This document shows positions 8,604 to 17,373 of a stretch of DNA of 43,467 nt, piece by piece (position 1 is the stretch's first letter; every line of letters starts with the position of its first letter). Source of the DNA: Deinococcaceae bacterium (GTDB lineage: Bacteria > Deinococcota > Deinococci > Deinococcales > Trueperaceae); NCBI GenBank assembly GCA_040256005.1, contig JBDZWC010000003.1, forward strand, positions 24,362 to 67,828, read 5' to 3'. The notes under the pieces were generated by a model. The model was not told where the DNA came from. It made no database searches and saw nothing but the letters and a program-made list of their open reading frames with translations. A program made the position numbers and the translations under genes.

Positions 8604-10031
8604 TCAGACCAGGCCGCGCTCGCGCCACGCGTCGAAGATGGCGTTGGCCTCCCCGGCGGCCGTCCGGATCGACTCCTCCGGTGTCTGGTCGCCACGGACC
8701 GCGCGAGCGAACATGTTGGGCACGACGAAGGTGTTGTACACCTCGGCTACTGCCGGGCTGCACACGCCGGGGTGGCCGACGTTCGTCGTCCAATCGGTAG
8801 CGTTGATGAGCGGCAGGAGCTTGCCGTCGGCCTCGTTGGGCAGCTTGAACGGATCGTTCGTGAACCAGGCGTTGTGGAGGTCGCGCAACGTGCTGGCGCC
8901 CTCGACGGTGGGGTAGTCCCCGTTGCCGGCCACGGGCGTGTCCTGGAAGCTGGCCGAGTTGTAGAGCTTGGAGTTGTACATCGCCTGGTCGTAGTTCTCG
9001 GCCAGGTCGAGGATGAACTGCTGGGCGGCGTCCGGGTTCTGCGCGTGCTGCGGGACGACGTAGTTGTAGATGACGTGGGCGTTCGCCCAGGCGGTACCGC
9101 GAGGGCCCTGCAGCGCGGGACCGAAGAAGACGTCCTCGGCGATGTCCGGCACGTCCTCCTGTGAGGACCGGTACGCAGAGATCGAGTTCATGATGTACGA
9201 CGCGCGGCCCGCGATGAGCGCCTGGTTGTTGGAGGCCGCGTTCCACGCGAAGACCTCCGGTGTCATGGCCGCCTCGTAGAGGCGCTGCATGAACTGGACG
9301 GACTCCAACACGCGATCGAAGTTCTCGCCTTGGTCGAGGATGACCTCGCCGTCCTCGTTCTGGAGGGCGGCGTCGAACGACGACATGATGGCGCGGTGCG
9401 CCATGTTGGAGTCGATCTCCTGCGCCAGGCCGATGCCCAGCTGGACGCCCTGCTCGTCACGGATCTGACCGCCCGCCGTGACCAGGTCCTCCCAGGTCGT
9501 GGGGCCGTCCGGCATGCCCGCGGCCTCCCACAGGCTGCGCCGGTAGTTGGCGGGGTCGATGGTCCAGCCGATGCAGAAGCCGTAGTAGTTCTCGGTGGCC
9601 GGGTTGTACGAGTACCGCTGTGACACGCCCAGCTGCTCGCCGAAGCGGCTCTGGGCCTCCTGGTTGACGTCGTTCATGGAGATGAGGCTGGGCTCGAACT
9701 GCCCCGCCTCGGCGCCGACGATCTCGATGAGGTCGTGCCCTGCGCCGGCCGAGATCTCGGCCGCCACGGCCGTCGTCAGATCAGCCAGGTTGATGTGGTC
9801 CACGACCACGTCGATGCCGTTGGCGGCGCCCCATTCCCGGGCGTACGCGTCGAACCAGGTGTCGTAGGCCGGGACGAAGTGGCTCCACTGCAAGATCCGC
9901 AGCGTCCCTCCCTGCGCGCGCACCAGCGACGGCCCGAAGGCCGCGGCGGCGGCGGTTGCGCCGGAGTACTTGAGGAACGACCTCCGCGTGATGCGACGTT
10001 TGAACGGGTCCAGCCTGAGAACTGGGCTCAT
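8604..10031 (-). CDS. Extracellular solute-binding protein (family 1) with Tat signal
   Basis: TRRSFLK twin-arginine signal, AAFGPSLVRA-Q cleavage site, LRILQWSHFVPAYD; ATG at 10031 after GGGAGG (GTG at 10058 is an alternative). Confidence 0.92.
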   Translation of the reverse strand: MSPVLRLDPFKRRITRRSFLKYSGATAAAAAFGPSLVRAQGGTLRILQWSHFVPAYDTWFDAYAREWGAANGIDVVVDHINLADLTTAVAAEISAGAGHDLIEIVGAEAGQFEPSLISMNDVNQEAQSRFGEQLGVSQRYSYNPATENYYGFCIGWTIDPANYRRSLWEAAGMPDGPTTWEDLVTAGGQIRDEQGVQLGIGLAQEIDSNMAHRAIMSSFDAALQNEDGEVILDQGENFDRVLESVQFMQRLYEAAMTPEVFAWNAASNNQALIAGRASYIMNSISAYRSSQEDVPDIAEDVFFGPALQGPRGTAWANAHVIYNYVVPQHAQNPDAAQQFILDLAENYDQAMYNSKLYNSASFQDTPVAGNGDYPTVEGASTLRDLHNAWFTNDPFKLPNEADGKLLPLINATDWTTNVGHPGVCSPAVAEVYNTFVVPNMFARAVRGDQTPEESIRTAAGEANAIFDAWRERGLV

Positions 10032-10231
10032 ACGTCCTCCCATCCCTTCCTGACTCACTCTTCTGGCTACAGGTCGAACAACGGCTTCAGATCGGCCAGC
10101 AGAAACGACCTCCTTGCGGCGGGATGGGACCGGGGGTCGTCGGCGAGATGTCGGCCGGCCCAGGCCGCCCGGGCCCAGCGGCTCACGGAACTGGGGACCG
10201 CTGCCTAGGGCCCTTCAATGTTCGTTAGCTC

Positions 10232-10260
10232 ACGGTATTCCCCGACCCCCCGAATGGCAA
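10232..10260 (-). promoter_or_regulatory. Sigma70-like promoter of the sugar ABC operon
   Basis: TTGCCA-17 nt-TACCGT on the minus strand, about 200 nt upstream of the SBP start. Confidence 0.6.
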
Positions 10261-10297
10261 GTCGGCGTGAACGCGGGCGGTACTCGCGGCTCCGGGC

Positions 10298-11413
10298 TCA
10301 GACCCAGCTTGCGTACCAGGTTCTGAGCTCGGCGAACCCGTCCTCAGCCAGTTCCTCCCCAGCGCCCAAGGCGTCGTCGAGCGCGCTGAGGCAGTAGTGC
10401 CAGCCAGGCATGACCCTGGCGGCCGTGTCGTCACCCGAGAACTCGTGGCTGAAGGTGAGAAGCGTCGGGCCGTTGTCCTCCGAACCGTCCTCTGCCGCTG
10501 CGAGCTCGATGCGAACCGTCTGCGGGTGGCGCATGTCCTCCGTCCGAGCACCGGGATCCGCGGGCTGCTCGAACGCGAGCGTTCTGGGTGGCTGGTAGGC
10601 GATCAGCCTGCCCTGTGCCATCGTCTCGTCCGGCGCGCCGTCCTCACCGGCGAACGTCTGGGTGACCCAGCCGTCTACCTCACCGCTGTGACGCAGCCTC
10701 GCCGGGTACCAGGCGTCCATGCCCTCGGGCTCGCACGCCGCCTGCCACACCTCTCTGAGCGGCTTGTAGAAGAGGCGCTGGAACACCACCCGCCAACGCC
10801 CGTCTGGCAAGGCGAAGAGCTGGCCGCTGCCGGGCCGACCGAAGCCCTCGCTCGCATCGGGCAGCCTGCGGGCGTAGTCCTGCTCGACCGAGCCGTGAAC
10901 CGTCCAGAACAGTGGCGGTGGCGAGTCGGTGAGCCGCGCAGATAGGAAGTCGAGATGCGTGTGCCAACCGCTGGCGACCGACACGGCCATGTCGAGGTCG
11001 CTCAAGCGTCTGTGGGTCAGCCTGAGGTGCACCATGTCGCCCCGAGCCTCCAGCTCGAACCTGACCTCGGTGCTGCCGCCAGGGTCGTCCCAGGTGAAGG
11101 CGAGCAGGTGTGGCGGTTCGCAGGCCGTGATGATCCCCGTGTCGCGGGTGTGCTCAGCGTGCGCCAGGTGCTGCTCGGGCACCGGCTCGGCGTGCTCGTT
11201 GAGCGCCTGATTGTCGAACCGCATGTCCACGGTCCCGCCCCTGACCAGCACCATGGGACCGTCCGCCAACCAGGTACGCCTCAGCTCCGGCACGGTCAGG
11301 AAGTCCCAGACCCGTTCGATGGGACCGGGCAGGACGCGTTCGAAGGCGAGCGCTCCCGGGCCGACCATAGTGCCAGGGGCCGCTGCGCTGACCGTCGGGC
11401 GCTGAGTGCTCAT
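10298..11413 (-). CDS. Tandem SRPBCC (AHSA1/START-like) domain protein
   Basis: Two repeats of FERxLxxPxxxVWxxxxxPE ... PPxxLAF ... GWH. Confidence 0.88.
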   Translation of the reverse strand: MSTQRPTVSAAAPGTMVGPGALAFERVLPGPIERVWDFLTVPELRRTWLADGPMVLVRGGTVDMRFDNQALNEHAEPVPEQHLAHAEHTRDTGIITACEPPHLLAFTWDDPGGSTEVRFELEARGDMVHLRLTHRRLSDLDMAVSVASGWHTHLDFLSARLTDSPPPLFWTVHGSVEQDYARRLPDASEGFGRPGSGQLFALPDGRWRVVFQRLFYKPLREVWQAACEPEGMDAWYPARLRHSGEVDGWVTQTFAGEDGAPDETMAQGRLIAYQPPRTLAFEQPADPGARTEDMRHPQTVRIELAAAEDGSEDNGPTLLTFSHEFSGDDTAARVMPGWHYCLSALDDALGAGEELAEDGFAELRTWYASWV

Positions 11414-11760
11414 CGGTCGATCCTTTCCGCCGCCTCGAGCGCTGCCTGCAACGCGTCAAGGCGCTGTGGCCAGTACGCGCGGTAGTGGTCGAGCCAAGCG
11501 TCCACCCGGGCGAGAGGCGCGGGGTTGAGCGAGCAGACGTGGCGCCTACCCTCGACCCGGCGCTCGATGAGACCGGCCTCCTCCAGCACCTGGACGTGCT
11601 TGGATACGGCCGCCAGCGAGATGGGAAGCGGTTCGGCCAGCTCGCCCACGGTGCGCTCGGACCCGCGCAAGGTTGCCAGGATGCCGCGACGTGTGGGATC
11701 CGATAGGGCCTTGAAGAGGCTGTCCAACTGCCCCACGGCGGCGAGCGAACGTTCAACCAT
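11410..11760 (-). CDS. ArsR/SmtB-family transcriptional regulator
   Basis: FKALSDPTRRGIL ... TVGELA ... AVSKHVQVLEEAGLI; ATGA overlap with the SRPBCC gene. Confidence 0.93.
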   Translation of the reverse strand: MVERSLAAVGQLDSLFKALSDPTRRGILATLRGSERTVGELAEPLPISLAAVSKHVQVLEEAGLIERRVEGRRHVCSLNPAPLARVDAWLDHYRAYWPQRLDALQAALEAAERIDR

Positions 11761-11809
11761 GTGGTTGAGGATAGGTCGCCGCCGCCGCGTTCGTCAACCA
11801 AGCGGTTGA
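11753..11809 (-). promoter_or_regulatory. Leaderless promoter with two palindromic operators for the ArsR-SRPBCC operon
   Basis: TCAACCA-TG-TGGTTGA (11753-11768, over the ATG) and TCAACCA-AG-CGGTTGA (11794-11809, over the -35); TTGACG-18-TATCCT-7-ATG. Confidence 0.8.
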
Positions 11810-11901
11810 ACGTTTTCGGTGAAGGTGCGTGGCCGTTCGCGGCCGGCCATAGAGCCTGATAGCTCGCTACTTGCCTCCAGGGCGACCGGACTGCCGCCGC
11901 G

Positions 11902-12735
11902 CTAGGACGAGAGGAACTCCCTCACGAGCGCGACGAACTTCTCGTTCTCCTCTAGTTGAGGCGAGTGGCCGGAGTTCTCGAAGATCTCCAGCCGGGCGTT
12001 GGGGATGCCGGCCGCGATCTCTTCGGAGGCGGCGACGGGCGTGATCCAGTCGTGCCGGCCCACCACGATCAGGGTGGGGCAACGGATCTCGTGGAGTCGA
12101 GCGGACACGTCGAAGCTGGGCATGTTGCGCGAGAACGCCCAGTTGTGGGTCTCGTACCGGAACGTGGCGCCGGCGACCCTGGCCGCTGCCTTCTCCGGTG
12201 TGGTGTTGGCGTCGTAGAGGGGCGAGATGGCGGCGAAGTAGCGCCTGAACTCTTCGTCGCTCTCGATCCGTCCCTGGAAGAGCTTGTCGAGCATGTCGGC
12301 CGTGATCTCCGGGTACTGCGCCGCCCGCGCCAGCGCGTTTCGGCGTGCCAGCTCCTCGAACCGGCGCGATGCCGAGGTGTCCCTGAGGATCAGGTGCGTG
12401 ACGCGGTCTGGCTGCGCGAGCGTGTACTCGAGCGCGATGTAGCCCCCGTAGGAACCGCCCGCCATAACGATGCGGTCGTCACCGAAGTGCTCGCGAAGCG
12501 CGTCGAGGTCGGCGACCCACTGCTCGTGGCTGTAGGGCGGGATGGCGTCGGATTCCCCAGAGCCGCGGGCGTCGAACGCCACGATGCGGTACTCGTCCGC
12601 CAACGGACCGAACGAACGGTTCGGCTCCTGCCTGGTGCCCAACCCGGGCGCCCCGTGGTGCGTGTAGATGGGGATCGCGTTGTCCTCCCCTTGGACGTCG
12701 ACGCGAAGCCTCGCGCCGTTCACGGTCACGAACAT
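11902..12735 (-). CDS. Alpha/beta hydrolase, proline-iminopeptidase-like (S33)
   Basis: HGAPG, nucleophile elbow GGSYGG, GRHDWITP, SGHSP. Confidence 0.9.
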   Translation of the reverse strand: MFVTVNGARLRVDVQGEDNAIPIYTHHGAPGLGTRQEPNRSFGPLADEYRIVAFDARGSGESDAIPPYSHEQWVADLDALREHFGDDRIVMAGGSYGGYIALEYTLAQPDRVTHLILRDTSASRRFEELARRNALARAAQYPEITADMLDKLFQGRIESDEEFRRYFAAISPLYDANTTPEKAAARVAGATFRYETHNWAFSRNMPSFDVSARLHEIRCPTLIVVGRHDWITPVAASEEIAAGIPNARLEIFENSGHSPQLEENEKFVALVREFLSS

Positions 12736-12784
12736 GTGTCCTCCGAAGGTCGGGCGCGCCGCGCCCAGCAGGGTCGCTCCGCCC

Positions 12785-14230
12785 TCATGCCCACAGCAGC
12801 CGCTGGGCGTTGGGTGTGACCACGCCTCTGTCGGCCGCCATGGTCGTGACGGTCAGGAGCGTGGCCGCGGCGAGACCGGCAGCGCTGAGGTAGCTGCCCA
12901 TCGCCAGGTGGAACGGATGTGTGTCGAAGAGGTCGTAGGCGTGAGCCGGTCGCTCCGCGGGGCGGGGAAGCGCTCCTTCTGCGCGGTCGAGCATGGCGTG
13001 GATCCGGTCCACCAGCTGGAGCAGCCCCATGGCTCCGAAGTCCTGAGCGACGCGTGGCTCGTCGTCGAGCCAGCGCACGTCGTGCTCGTCCAGCGTCGGT
13101 AGCAGCGACTCCAGGTCCTCGGCCGCCGCGGCGGTGGCTGCCGCAGCCGCCCGCAGCTCCGTGGGCCAGGCCCGCTTCGCCGGCGCGCCGTGGAAGGCGG
13201 CGGCGTACCCGGGCGAGAGCCAGGCGTCGGCCTTCCGACCTGAGAGCGCGGCGAAGCGCTCGGCGGCACGCCACAGCTTGTGCGCCACCTCGGCGGCCAG
13301 CTCGTCTGGTCCTGCGCCCGGCTTCTCCCTAACGACCGCCCAGGGAGCGGTGCTAGTCCCGGGCCGTGGGAGGCTGGCCTCGTTCGTACCGGAAGCCGGG
13401 CTATGGGAACGGTCCCTTGCCGCTGCCAGGGCAGACACCAGCAGCCGCGCGCCCTCGGCCCACCCCAGACCCAGGGCACCGAGGCCGAACTCCGGGTGGG
13501 AGCCGAACAGCGCCACGTGGCCGGAGCCGAAGGGCGCCTCGACGGCCGTCGCGGCTCCAGCGGCCAGGCACTCCTCGAAAGTGGTCTGGCCTGTGAACGG
13601 ATCGTCCCGCGTCTCCAGGAACCGCTCCGCCGGCGTGAACGCCTCCGTCGCCGCTTCCGGCCACGCGAACGGCCGCACGTTCGGCCCGGCTCGCGCCATG
13701 TCGAACAGGGGGCCGTTGTAGTGGACCAGTTCGACGCGCTCGGGCAGGCCGGTCGCGAAGGGGTGCCCCGGGTCCAGTCGCACGACGATGCGGCCCACGC
13801 CGGGCGAGGCCAGGCCGCCCAGGGTCTCGTCGCCCATGTTCGCCATGGGCACGTCGATGAGGCGGAGGCACCTGGCCGCGGGGATCGCGGCGTCGGCCGC
13901 TCCTGTGAGCGCTATGGGCAGCACCGAGCCGGCGCAGGACCCGACGTAGGTGCCGCCACCCTCCGCCCAGTCGTGCACTGCCCGGGCGCCCTCCTCCCCC
14001 AAAGGGGCCATGAGGCCGGACATGGCGAGCGCCCCGCCGCCCGGGAAGACCAGGGCATGTAGGTCCGCCAGCCTACCCGCGGCTATGTCCTCCGCCCTGA
14101 CGACACGGGCATCTGCCCCGTGAACCGCGGCCAGCGCCAGGTGGTGCCAGGGCGCACCGCCGCTGCCGTACACGCCGACGCGCAGACCGGCCAGACGCTC
14201 GGATGGTCCCTCGCCGCTCAGCGGGCCCAT
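12785..14230 (-). CDS. BPL_N / class I glutamine-amidotransferase-like hydrolase with a C-terminal helical extension
   Basis: LVFPGGG, GGTYVGSCAG nucleophile elbow, HYNGP, GSHPEF. Start is ATG 14230 or CTG 14221; the ORF-track extension to 14653 overlaps the dipeptidase. Confidence 0.78.
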   Translation of the reverse strand: MGPLSGEGPSERLAGLRVGVYGSGGAPWHHLALAAVHGADARVVRAEDIAAGRLADLHALVFPGGGALAMSGLMAPLGEEGARAVHDWAEGGGTYVGSCAGSVLPIALTGAADAAIPAARCLRLIDVPMANMGDETLGGLASPGVGRIVVRLDPGHPFATGLPERVELVHYNGPLFDMARAGPNVRPFAWPEAATEAFTPAERFLETRDDPFTGQTTFEECLAAGAATAVEAPFGSGHVALFGSHPEFGLGALGLGWAEGARLLVSALAAARDRSHSPASGTNEASLPRPGTSTAPWAVVREKPGAGPDELAAEVAHKLWRAAERFAALSGRKADAWLSPGYAAAFHGAPAKRAWPTELRAAAAATAAAAEDLESLLPTLDEHDVRWLDDEPRVAQDFGAMGLLQLVDRIHAMLDRAEGALPRPAERPAHAYDLFDTHPFHLAMGSYLSAAGLAAATLLTVTTMAADRGVVTPNAQRLLWA

Positions 14231-15417
14231 ACCTCGTCGAGCACGCGCATGATGTTGCCGCCTATGACCTTGGCGATCTCGTCGTCGGAGTAGTCGTGCT
14301 TCACCAGCCAGCGCACGATGTTGGGGAACGCTTCCGCGGGGTTCTCGATGCCGTCTACGTACTCGACGGTGGGGTACGGCTCCGTGCCCTTGGAGGCCTT
14401 GAGCGACAGGGCTTCGCGTAGCGCCTGGTGCAGCCCCACGTGGTCGCCGAACAGGGTGTCCGGCCCGAACGCGACGTGGTCGATGCCCACGAGGTCGACG
14501 CAGTACTCGAAGTGCTCCATGAACGAATCGAGGGAGTGGCGCAGGGTCTGGCGCGTGATGGTCGTGTGCGGCGCGGCCTCGATGCCGATGACCCCGCCCT
14601 TCTCGGCGCACTTCTTGATGACCTCGTCCGGCTTCAGGCGCGGCGTGTCCCACAGCGCCCTGGCGCCGGCGTGGGTGATGAAGATGGGGTGCTTGGACTG
14701 CTCGATCGTGTCCAGCGAGGTCTGGTCGTTCGCGTGGGAGACGTCGATGGCGATGCCCAGCTTGTTCATGCGCGTCACGGCCCTGCGACCGAAGTCGGTG
14801 AGGCCGTAGTGCGCCGGCTCCTTGAGGCCGGCGCCCAACGCGTTCCCCTCGCTGTAGCAGATGCCCAGGCTACGCATGCCGAACCCGTAGAGGACGTCGA
14901 TGCGGTCGAGCTCGTTCTCGATCATCGCCGCCCCTTCCAGGGAGACGACGAACGCGACCTTGCCCTCGCGCTTGCAGCGGCGGATGTCCTCCGCCGTCAG
15001 GGCCAGCTCGACCATGTCCTGGTGGGCGATGTCGGACAAACGCATGCCGATGTCGAACACCACGTCGTCCCACTTCCAGCCGGCGCGGGAGGTGATCATG
15101 GCGGTGCCGTCCATCATCGCGTCGAACACGCAGTCCAGGCCGCTGGCGGCGAGCCCCTCGTAGGCCGTGTACTCGCGGCCATAGCGCCTGAACTCCAGGA
15201 ACCCCGACAGGTCTTTGGGCGAGACGAAGCAGTGGTCGTGTAACGAGACCACGAGGTTCTCTGCGAAGAGCCGCTTGACCCGCGCTTCCTGCTCCGAGGT
15301 GGTCTCAGGGGCCTTGCTGGGCACGCGGCCGAGCTGCGGGACGAGCTCGATGTTTGGCAGGTCCTCGGCGTCCAGGTACTGGTAGGCGCGGTAGCCGTCG
15401 TACTTCTTGGCTTGCAT
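14218..15417 (-). CDS. Membrane/renal-type dipeptidase (peptidase M19)
   Basis: SLHDH, SLEGA, GLTDFGRRAVTRMNKLGIAIDVSHA, THAG, DHVAFGPD, IGGN; ATG at 15417 after GGAG. Confidence 0.92.
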   Translation of the reverse strand: MQAKKYDGYRAYQYLDAEDLPNIELVPQLGRVPSKAPETTSEQEARVKRLFAENLVVSLHDHCFVSPKDLSGFLEFRRYGREYTAYEGLAASGLDCVFDAMMDGTAMITSRAGWKWDDVVFDIGMRLSDIAHQDMVELALTAEDIRRCKREGKVAFVVSLEGAAMIENELDRIDVLYGFGMRSLGICYSEGNALGAGLKEPAHYGLTDFGRRAVTRMNKLGIAIDVSHANDQTSLDTIEQSKHPIFITHAGARALWDTPRLKPDEVIKKCAEKGGVIGIEAAPHTTITRQTLRHSLDSFMEHFEYCVDLVGIDHVAFGPDTLFGDHVGLHQALREALSLKASKGTEPYPTVEYVDGIENPAEAFPNIVRWLVKHDYSDDEIAKVIGGNIMRVLDEVWAR

Positions 15418-15461
15418 CTTGCTCCGTTCCGCGGCGGGTGGGGCCGCTCTTGCGCGCAGGT

Positions 15462-16334
15462 CTAGCCGCGCGGATCGAGGATGTCGCGCAGGGCGTTGCC
15501 GAGCACGTTGAAGGAGAGGACCGTCAGGGCGATGAACAGCCCCGGCCAGACCGCCAGAATGGGGGCGCGGAAGAGGTACGCCTGGGCGTTCTGGAGCATG
15601 TTGCCCCACGACGCCAGCGGAGGTTGGATGCCGAGGCCCAGGTAGCTGAGGCCCGCCTCTGTCAGGATGGCCCAGCCCACGCCTAGGGTGGCGAGCACCG
15701 TCGCCTGCGGCATTACCTGCGGGAGGATGTGCCGGAGCATGAGGCGCAGATGCTTGCTGCCCAGGGCGCGTGATGCCTCCACGAAGTCGGCCAGCCTGAA
15801 GCGCTTGAACTCGGCGTGCACGCTCCTGGCCATCTGGGCCCAGAACCCGAGGCCGACGGTGACGACGATCATCACGGGATGGTTGCCGAAGCTCGTCACG
15901 ATGACGAGGATCAGGAAGAACGCCGGTATCGCCATGAACGTGTCGACGACGCGCATGAGCACCGCCTCGGTGCGGCCCCCGAAGTAGCCGGCGCTGCCAC
16001 CGATCGCGATGCCTAGGAACAGCCCGACCAGCATGGAGAACAGGCCCACGGCGAGGGAGACGCGGCCGCCGTGGGCAATGCGCGCCAGTACGTCCCTGCC
16101 CAGTTCGTCGGTGCCGAGCCAGTGCTCGGCGGAGGGCGGTCTCAGGGTCTCCAGCGGGCTGGTCCGAGTGGGGGAGTGCTGCAGCAGGGCCGGTCCGACC
16201 ACCACCATCAGGACCATGAGCACGAGGACCGTGAAGGCGATGAGCCCCAGCGGCTGCCTGAGCACCCGGGCGAAGAAGCGGCTGCGGCGACGCAGGGGAG
16301 CGGCGGTCCCGGTGGTGATGAGCACCTCAGACAT
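15462..16334 (-). CDS. Peptide/nickel ABC transporter permease (DppC-like)
   Basis: HWLGTDELGRD, FVEASRALG, EAGLSYLGLGIQPP, GNALRD. Confidence 0.94.
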   Translation of the reverse strand: MSEVLITTGTAAPLRRRSRFFARVLRQPLGLIAFTVLVLMVLMVVVGPALLQHSPTRTSPLETLRPPSAEHWLGTDELGRDVLARIAHGGRVSLAVGLFSMLVGLFLGIAIGGSAGYFGGRTEAVLMRVVDTFMAIPAFFLILVIVTSFGNHPVMIVVTVGLGFWAQMARSVHAEFKRFRLADFVEASRALGSKHLRLMLRHILPQVMPQATVLATLGVGWAILTEAGLSYLGLGIQPPLASWGNMLQNAQAYLFRAPILAVWPGLFIALTVLSFNVLGNALRDILDPRG

Positions 16335-17274
16335 GGCGGATCCTCGGGTCGATGACCACGTAGAGGAGGTCGACGATCAGGTTCACGACCACGACGACCG
16401 TGCCGGCCAGCATCGTTACGCCCAGGATCACCGGGTAGTCGCGCCCGTTGGCGGCCTCTATCGCCAGCCGACCGATGCCGGCGTAGCCGAAGACGCTCTC
16501 GATGACGACGGAGCCGGAGAACAGCACGGTCGTGATGAGGCCGAGCATCGCGGTCACGGGGACGAAGGCGTTGCGCAGCATGTGCTTGCGCAGGACCTTC
16601 ACGTCCCGCAACCCCTTGGAGCGGGCGGTGCGCACGTAGTCGGTCGCCTTGACCTCCAGGACGGCGGCGCGCGTGACGCGCACGACGTTGGGCATGAGGC
16701 CGAACGCCAGCACGCCGGCGGGCAGGATGAGGTGACGGATCCTGTCCACGACGTCGAAGCCTCGTCCGATGGAGGCGATGCCGGAGGCAGGCAGCCACCG
16801 TAGCTCGACGGCGAAGAGGATTATCGCGACGATCCCGAGCCAGAAGTTGGGCACCGACATGCCCAGGGTCGCCACCGTGCCCACCACGTGGTCGGGCCAG
16901 CGGTTGGGGTTCATGGCAGCCACGATCCCGAGGAGGATGCCCAGCACCCCCGCGATGACGAGCGCGCTGAGCGCCAGAGCGAGGGTCGCTCCCAGCCGCT
17001 GCGCGAGCAGGCCGGTCACGGGTAGCCCCTGGTTGATGGAGCGGCCCAGGTCGCCCTGCACCGCGCTGGCGAGCCACGAGACGTAGCGCTCGTGCACGGG
17101 CCTGTCCAGCCCGAAGAGCGCGTAGCGGGCGTTGCGCTCCGCCACCGTCGTGGACATGTCCACGAGGGAGGAGGGCCCGCCGGGGGCGAGGTTGATCAGG
17201 AAGAAGGTGAGCAGTGAGACGAGGAACAGGACCACCAGGCCCTGGGCCAACCGTCGCACCAGGTACTGCGTCAT
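16327..17274 (-). CDS. Peptide/nickel ABC transporter permease (DppB-like)
   Basis: YLVRRL, GDLGRS, DYVRTARSKGL, RDYPV, DPRI. Confidence 0.94.
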   Translation of the reverse strand: MTQYLVRRLAQGLVVLFLVSLLTFFLINLAPGGPSSLVDMSTTVAERNARYALFGLDRPVHERYVSWLASAVQGDLGRSINQGLPVTGLLAQRLGATLALALSALVIAGVLGILLGIVAAMNPNRWPDHVVGTVATLGMSVPNFWLGIVAIILFAVELRWLPASGIASIGRGFDVVDRIRHLILPAGVLAFGLMPNVVRVTRAAVLEVKATDYVRTARSKGLRDVKVLRKHMLRNAFVPVTAMLGLITTVLFSGSVVIESVFGYAGIGRLAIEAANGRDYPVILGVTMLAGTVVVVVNLIVDLLYVVIDPRIRHV

Positions 17275-17326
17275 CGGTGGCTGGTTACCTCCGCGTCGGC
17301 GCCGTGGGGCCGCTCCAGGACGGTAT

Positions 17327-17362
17327 GGGTGCGCCTCCCCGAGTTACCGGGGAAGCGCACCC
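17327..17362 (-). other. Intergenic stem-loop after the peptide-binding-protein gene
   Basis: GGGTGCGCCTCCCCG-agttac-CGGGGAAGCGCACCC, a 15-bp stem with one mismatch that is G-U on the minus-strand RNA. Confidence 0.75.
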
Positions 17363-17373
17363 GACGAGTGCGG

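Noticed and set aside
5681..9164. Long plus-strand ORFs (430 aa at 5681-6973, 464 aa at 7770-9164)
   Set aside because: Antisense shadows of the ABC genes; no motifs, and expected in high-GC DNA.
14231..14653. N-terminal extension of the 622-aa ORF
   Set aside because: Overlaps the dipeptidase in another frame and is Arg/Pro-rich noise; the recognisable domain begins after 14230.
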